Positions 51,445 to 58,811 of a stretch of 58,811 bases of DNA are shown here, piece after piece. The first letter of the stretch is position 1. Each line of letters opens with the position of its first letter. Location: the NCBI RefSeq assembly GCF_001194135.2, contig NC_068986.1, positions 110,577,084 through 110,635,894 on the forward strand, in the 5' to 3' direction. The stretch is from Octopus bimaculoides. Its lineage: Eukaryota. Under the pieces are notes generated by a model. The model ran no database searches and was not told the DNA's origin. It saw only the letters and a program-made list of their open reading frames with translations. Position numbers and translations under genes: made by a program.

Positions 51445-51818
51445 CACTGTACTTATCTAACGTCCTCGCGTTGTTGGTCTTTCCTGCTTGTTTATGTTTG
51501 GATTGGTATATATAGATATACTTATATATATATATATATGTACATATATATANNNNNNNNNNNNNNNNNNNNNNATATATATATATATATATATAATATA
51601 TATGCGTGCATATGCACATACATGCGAGCACAAAACACCCACACACTCATGCAAACGCACACCCATATGTTTGCATATATGGACATGCATATATGTACTC
51701 TACACACACATACACATACATATGTTTATATGATTGATATATACATGCATTCATGTATATGTGAATGTGTGCGGGCACATGTATAGTTGTTCACTTTGTT
51801 CACTCATGCACGCATACT

Positions 51819-51871
<53 letters not shown>

Positions 51872-52120
51872 ACCCATACGTACTAACCAACATACAGTGT
51901 AATATCGAAGTTGATGCATAGATTATATAAATGTACATCCAATGAAATCCGAAATATATTTGAGAGCGAGAGGAGAATATATGAATACATTTTGTCATAA
52001 TGCAGTATAATGATGTAAAGTGTGTAGACGTGCCAACATATCTGACCAAAATAGAAACACTAATTAAATATATATAGAAATATATTCATACATATACATA
52101 AATACATACATACATAGAAT

Positions 52121-52201
<81 letters not shown>

Positions 52202-52899
52202 CATATAAGCTTATACACACACAGATACACACACACACACATATATATACGTATATACAATTGCGTGTATACATGTATGTACGTATGCGTATGTGTATTT
52301 ATCTATATATGTATGTATATACTAAATACATATATAAAGCTGAGTACAAACATATCAAAAGGATTAAAAATGAAGTATCGCATTAAAGACGAAAACAAAG
52401 AGATTTTTACTGAACAGGAAATATATCTCTTCTTGTTCTCTTGTTCTAGTCTCGTGTGATATTTGATATCAATAATTTCCTCTGTATGGTATTTGATATC
52501 AATATTTAGCTTATTTCGTGTACTGTCATGTGTGCGTATGTGTACTCGTGTATTGCCATCTATATTTTACATTTAAGGTATAAAGATGTTCATGTGCGAT
52601 GATGGCGTAGAACTATTTTAAAGACGTATCATTTTCTTCCTTCTCCTCCCCCTCCTCCTCTCCTGCTTCTTCTTTTTTCTCTCAATCAACTCCTTCTCTT
52701 TTTCTTTTTCCTTGCTATGTTGTTTTTATCTACTTTTTACTCAGCTTTAGTATTTCTTTTTTCATTTTTGACAAAATTTGAAGAATGTTCGACCCCAACT
52801 GTTTTTTGTTTGTTGTTTTTTTAAATATTTTATTCAAATTTGTTAATGGAAATGTGCTGAATGCATAATGATTTCATTAACGCCCCACCTCCTCTTCTT

Positions 52900-53090
52900 C
52901 CTTTCAATTTTCCTCCTCTTCATCCGCATCATCAACACCACCATTGCAACCACCACCCATTACCACAGCCGTCATCGTCGTCATTATCTCCTCCACCTCC
53001 CCTTCCTCTTCATGATCGTCATCATCATCACCATCACCAGCATCATCATCGTGATCCACTTCCTCATCTTCATCATAATTTTATAGCTAC
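52900..53090 (+). repeat. Degenerate (CAT)n/(CAC)n region
   Basis: Direct read. Confidence 0.85.
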
Positions 53091-53166
53091 TATGGTCATT
53101 ACATTTATAATCCATGGCCGTCCTAAATACGATCCAACACCGTTAACAACGATGCAAGCAACTCAC

Positions 53167-53230
53167 CTTTTGATGTTTTCCAACGCCGAAACTCTGTGTA
53201 ACCATTGAATTGGATGCCTACACCCTATTG
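53167..53230 (-). CDS. Candidate internal exon (IGCRHPIQWLHRVSALENIK, or from the acceptor at 53224 GVGIQFNGYTEFRRWKTSK)
   Basis: Long pyrimidine tract, closely spaced AG acceptors, AAG|GTGAGT donor. Confidence 0.3.
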
Positions 53231-53889
53231 CTTCACCGAAATAAAAATAAGGGAACAAGATTGGATAAGAAATTTCCGGATAAATTATAGCAAAATAGAA
53301 TGAAAGGTGGACCTGAAGGAAAAAGAAAATTAGAATTTGATATCATGATCAGAGAAGTTTTGGGGTGGAGGAAAGGATGTTTGTTTTACTTTCTGTGAGG
53401 TTGGTTATCCAGTTTCCATGACGTTTGCGTGACGGAGATAAAAACATTAAACCTGAACGGAACGACGATCCATTGCATGTTTCAAGTTCAGCAACTTTTA
53501 AAAGAGAGGACGAATCGATTAACCAAGGAACTTGACTTATTGCTAATAAGTGCGAAATTTCCATCAAATTATAACCGACTGCATTACATAAATGAACGAC
53601 ATGTTAGATACATATGCTCAAAATTATTCTAAACGTTTTTCTCCCTCTTTCAGTGGCACATGGACGAACGTACCAGCACACACGTACACACAAACACACG
53701 TACGTACAAACACACACACACTCAAGTACAACCCCCCCGCACACACACTCACAGGCTCGAATGCATGTTAACTTGGTCTATAAATTTCACGAAAAAAGCA
53801 CGAGTCAGTTCCAAGCTATATTAAAAACGCTTACTTGAGCCAAAATGAAGTTTAAAGCTTCGCATTTATGCGTGTGTCAATATAGGATA

Positions 53890-54548
53890 TATACTTTGAT
53901 AGGTTTCGGACGGTATTGGCCCAGGCCATGTCTAACTTAATAGCACCACCTGACAAAGTCATTCAAAGCAGGATTCGGACAACATGGTCCAGTCGAGGAG
54001 AGAGTCATTGTTTATGGAGACATATCCGAGTGTAGGTGGTTTATCTGGGATGTTTTGAAGGCATTTGTCCAAAGACCTCTTGATCTGCTTTAATGTGTTT
54101 TGGTGTAATGTTAAAGAGAGAGCGGAGCCAATTGAGGTGAAATAATTGTGCCGTATTGTTGTTATGTAATGCGAGTATGATTTATGTTGTGGGCGGACAA
54201 CACGGGGCCCAAGTCTTGGGTATATCTTAAAGGTGATGCCAACATCATTTGGGCAATGCTGATGGAATATTTTCCACATCATGCAGATGATTTAGCGCTC
54301 ACGGTGACGTTGGAGAGAATAAAGCTCGAGCTTTTCTAGTCGACCCCTGTAATGAAGGCCTGTCATGCCGTCTATCTTTTTTGCAATTGACCTTTGTGGT
54401 GCTTCAGTTTTCATGATACTTTGTTCATGTGGGGAGACCACAGTGGACAACAGTATTCAGGGTGGGGGGTCGGCCAAAACTAGAGAAAAAATTGTTGATA
54501 TCTCTTGACCGGAAAGTTCTGAGAATCCAGGAGCACATTCTGCAGGAC
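53890..54548 (-). mobile_element. CR1-type LINE, 3' portion (cut by an N-gap)
   Basis: RMCSWILRTFRSRD..PHPEYCCPLWSP..EAPQRSIAKKIDGM..RLEKLELYSLQRHRER..LDKCLQNIPDKPPTLGY..NDSLLDW, followed by a 3' UTR. Confidence 0.92.
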
Positions 54549-54804
54549 NNNNNNNNNNNNNNNNNNNNNNNNNNNNNNNNNNNNNNNNNNNNNNNNNNNN
54601 NNNNNNNNNNNNNNNNNNNNNNNNNNNNNNNNNNNNNNNNNNNNNNNNNNNNNNNNNNNNNNNNNNNNNNNNNNNNNNNNNNNNNNNNNNNNNNNNNNNN
54701 NNNNNNNNNNNNNNNNNNNNNNNNNNNNNNNNNNNNNNNNNNNNNNNNNNNNNNNNNNNNNNNNNNNNNNNNNNNNAATATATACACACATATATATGTA
54801 TCTG

Positions 54805-54856
<52 letters not shown>

Positions 54857-55336
54857 CATATTAATGTACATATATAAACATCTATCCCTCTTTATTTTGT
54901 GTGCGTGAGTGTGTGTGTGTCTGTATGGATAGATAAATATAGAGATGTTGATATCCATATAAATACGCATGTGTTCGTTTCCCAGTATATGTGTGGCTCT
55001 GTGAACGGAACGATATTCACCAACGAAAGTGTCAGCTGCAACATTTGCGATGACTGTTCTATAAACCAATTCCAAATGGAGCCGTCATCAATTATATACT
55101 ATGTAAAAGCTTGGTGTAGAAATAAACCTAACTTCTCATAAGTTATATTAAGACAGACATTTACTATAGCCACTATTGGAAACGCTGTCATCTAAAGGAT
55201 AAGGCCTTTCACACTTCTCTTGGACTGCTAGAAATAGTAACTGACTTTCAAATCACTGCCTCCGATTTGAGAAAAGTTTATTAGATTACTTGGTTATATA
55301 AGAACATATTTTTAGTTTCTGCTGAAAATTGAAACC

Positions 55337-57370
55337 ATTACAATTATCATTTTATTTACGCATAACAGATTAAATTGTTGAGTAAGAAAAATTCCTAACA
55401 TCGGGTTAGAACAAGTAACATTAGATGTCAAGTATCCTAACTTTCCTAATTTTCCGTAATAATACTGTTTTTGAAGCTGCACTAAACTAAGTTTAATGTC
55501 TATTTCCTCTATATATATATGTTCGAATCTGTAGGAATAGTTGCTAATGCACCTATATAACTACAGTGATACATTTTGCTCGCAATTTCCGTAGTCTTTG
55601 TAACTCAATGGATAGGTCCTGGTATTTTGCTAGTTTCTCTTTGTTTCTCATACTGAATTTCTCATCATTTGGGACTGTAGACTCAATTGTCTGTCACTTT
55701 CTGTTCTCTTTATCTGCTACTAGTAACCCAGCAATTCCATCTTCTATAACTCTGTCAGACTCAATTTCGCATCTTATATCTCTTACTTTCTATCACTTTA
55801 CTAAGTTTATGCTCATGCTATTTATCAGAAAGGTGAAATCCCAGCTTCCTACATAACTCACACTAAATTATTCTCCCTAGGTTGTCATGTCCTTTCTTGT
55901 ATTATTTCTGTGCCAACATGCTACCTTCACTAATTTTCTGAATAACACTTTTCTACTTTGATTTTCATAACTTACATTGGTAATCAACCTGATTTTTCTC
56001 TATCTTGGTTTTTATTCAATGTCTAATTGTGTTCTGTAATTGGCAAATTTTCTGTTTTCTTTTTCACCCTTCTTTTGTACAACCACAGCCATTTCTCACT
56101 ATTACTATTTTCTGCTACTACAATTTGGAAATCTACCATGCAAAACCTTCTCTTGTCAGTCAGATAATCTTACTTTTTATTCTCGTACTTTAACCACATT
56201 TGACATTTGGGTTCCCTAACTCCTACAATCACTCTTGAACTTCTTAATAACATTCACACACTACTTCCTATACAGGAGCATAAAGCTAACTCCACACAAT
56301 CTTCTACTGATATTAAGCATCTACCACATTTCTTTCTAGGTAAATATAGTCTTGCTTTTCGTAAATATAGTCGTGCTTTTGGTTGAAGTCCTCTGTCCAC
56401 ATTGAATTACTTCCTAGCTGTTCTGTCTGGATTTACTAATTCAGATATTGTCCAGTCTACAAAATATCTAAGGTAGCGACACTGCCAAAGTATTTACAAT
56501 TTTCACTAGACTTGCACCATTTCACTTCGACTTTATTAACTTCTACACCCTTCTAATGTATTCCTTACCAATTTTCGTTGTCATGTCTATAGTTACTACT
56601 GTGTCAGATTCTAATTATCTTAGGTATCTATAACTTGCTAACTTCTTTCAGTGACTTCTGGTAATTAGCCGTCTTCACAGCTAATTACTTATCCCTTTTT
56701 TAGTGAATAATATTGCGTACTTATTCATAGCACATTTCATACCATTTCTGTATTTGTTTCACGTTTTACAGTTTGCTTAAAGAATTCAACTATTTTCCCC
56801 CGTCTTACTAAAAAGCTTCATATCATCTATGCTGAGCAAATAGTTAATTTTTTTCTTTAACATCTCTAAATGGATATCCTTCCTTTGCCTTTCTTAATAA
56901 TAAACTTGGAGGGAATAAACATAGGACAAATATTAAAGGGTTTAACGAATCTCCTTAGAAACTTCCTCTCTTCATATCAATTTTCCTCAGAGATCTACTT
57001 TCCATTTCTTCATGCTTTAAATAATTAATTTCCTTATGTTGCCTGCAATACTGAATATACTCATATATTCATTTATCCATGGCTGTAGAGTCGTGTCGTA
57101 TGATTTCTTATAATCTATCTATGATGCTGTGAAACACTTCTTTCTCGTTTTCACTTCTTTTAGGACTGCTTTGTCCTAAGTTCTTGTAGTTCTCCTGCAA
57201 CGTATCTGTTTTTCTAGAAGTAAATTCTGGCTGCCAAGGCGCTGGTAAATATTTTCTGAGATCTTCCACACCAATGCTAGGCACGTGATTGGTCTATAAT
57301 TACTAGCTGCATTGCCCTTGCTTTTGTCTTTCATAAGAAGTATTCTTTTAATCCATCACAGAATGATGAA
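55337..57370 (-). mobile_element. R4/Dong-type non-LTR retrotransposon (RT + CCHC-type zinc knuckle + restriction-like endonuclease), 5' truncated and degraded
   Basis: KDKSKGNAASNYRPITCL, IDYKKSYD, F*GDSLNPLIF, YLLSIDDMKLF, WAVSL, RLYLPRKKCGRCLISVEDC, LAQK*YKKGHD, VPND..EKLAKYQDL..IGAL..LQKTVLL. Stop at 55421 and a degenerate (TAA)-like tail. Confidence 0.88.
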
Positions 57371-57499
57371 AATCAACGTGATTTCAACATAGGCTGTACA
57401 TAGCGGAGTTTCCTACAGTAAACGGAAGATGCAGGTCTCGCTATTTCTCGCTAAACAACGTGAAGAGATGATTTGTTTTTGTGATTAAATGCTTTTGCC

Positions 57500-57704
57500 G
57501 TTTATTAGTTTACTCCCTTCATAAATCGACATTTCCTGTACAGGTGTACACGGCTTGCCACATGTCACCAGTCACTTGTCACAAAGCAAGGTAAAATGAA
57601 ATATTTTGCTTAAGGACACAAAGCATCAGCAGGTCCCAAGAAAAGAAATCTCAATTAGGATGTTGGACTCATCCAACATTGTAATCACTAGGCTGCATGC
57701 CATC
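57500..57704 (-). mobile_element. Degraded tRNA-derived SINE (family C-related)
   Basis: Reverse-complement head TGATGGCATGCAGCCTAGTGATTAC..TTTGTGTCCTTAAGCAAAATATTTCATTT. Confidence 0.65.
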
Positions 57705-58129
57705 ATAGAAACGAAATAGGCCCAATTAATTAGCACAAATCATTTGGTACTTAATTAAGCAACCTATCCTTAGGACGCTAGAAAATGACGGAAGTACTTT
57801 CGTTTTCCCAATTTAATGAATTTAATTACGTTACATTATGTCATGATCAGATCCTTATCAACAAGAAAGTAAAATTAAACGTCATTTTACGTCATAAATG
57901 CGACGCAAAATTACTGAAACAAAGTGTCGATTTTCCCCTAAATTTCTCTTCCGGTCAAACATCACGCTTGTGCCACGTAGCATATGCAACGGGGAAATAC
58001 GGAAGACATCAAAAGCATTTTTAATGTCGACTAATGTGTTTGAAATTATATCTTTAAACTACTACAAATGTTTTTTTTAACCCTCAAATTCTGTATTATG
58101 TTCTGCAACATTGTCTTAGTATATCTGAA

Positions 58130-58166
58130 TCATTATTAGTATTATTATTATTATTANNNNNNNNNN

Positions 58167-58212
<46 letters not shown>

Positions 58213-58232
58213 ATAGTGGTTGTAGTAGTAGA
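58130..58232 (+). repeat. (ATT)n-(AGT)n compound microsatellite with a short gap
   Basis: Direct read. Confidence 0.9.
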
Positions 58233-58271
58233 ACTTACTTTTTCGTTTATTTCTAGCTATAAACAACTCAC

Positions 58272-58310
58272 CGACAGGAGCGATGCGTCCGTCGCCATAT
58301 TGCAATCCAT
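58272..58310 (-). CDS. Candidate first coding exon (MDCNMATDASLLS, phase 0)
   Basis: In-frame stop just upstream, ATGs at 58310 and 58298 (aatATGG context), a CpG-rich 30-nt island in AT-rich DNA, GTGAGT donor at 58271-58266. Confidence 0.35.
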
Positions 58311-58811
58311 TTAATGCAGTTTCGTATATAAGAGATTATTTCTTAATTGCTGAATAATTCTAATGACAGTCACTCAGGCTTATTGTTATTCAATTCTAAA
58401 TGAACCATTATCTCCTACTCGATGTCATTCCCCCCACTTTTTTTTCCTATATTAACTAATTTGTTATTCTATTTTAGTTTATATAAAGCCGTTCCGATAT
58501 ATATGGCGGTTTCATATGTCGATGCATTTGTCTTCATCTTCGCTTTCAATATACGAACATATACACATGCATACACGAACGCTCAGACACACATATACAA
58601 GTATGATCACTTTTCTCTCACTCCCTCTCTCCCTCTTTCTCTCTGTCCACATATATACGTGCATGTGTGTGTGTGCGTTTGTATGTATGTGTGTGCGTGT
58701 GTGTATGTATATTTGTGTGTGTATATGTGTATGTGTATGTATGTGTGTGTGTATATACATGTGAGTGTCTGTATATATATGTGTGTGTATGTATATATAT
58801 ATATATATATA

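Overview
This is eukaryotic, AT-rich, microsatellite-saturated DNA with about 15 N-gaps (about 5.7 kb), nearly all flanked by (AT)n or (CA)n. The SINE families resemble those I recall from Octopus genomes, so a coleoid cephalopod is the likely source (recollection, no database search). I recognise no intact host gene, and there is no rRNA, tRNA gene or CRISPR array. Almost all supplied ORFs are artefacts of microsatellites or N-runs. The window is mostly decayed mobile elements: three tRNA-derived SINE families, three CR1-type LINE fragments, an R4/Dong-type LINE, a Ty3/Gypsy remnant with a tRNA-Ser PBS, a Tc1 fragment, a full-length dead mariner with both TIRs, a Helitron deletion derivative, and two Penelope-like elements that appear to have opposite domain order. 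The most interesting signals are (1) a cluster of type I hammerhead-ribozyme-like motifs at 50.4-51.4 kb in short non-coding repeats, (2) a probable Naiad/Chlamys-type Penelope element with an N-terminal endonuclease, and (3) a few short, splice-signal-supported candidate host exons on both strands that I could not assign to a protein family. I found no firm evidence for a new biological system. All translations were done by eye.
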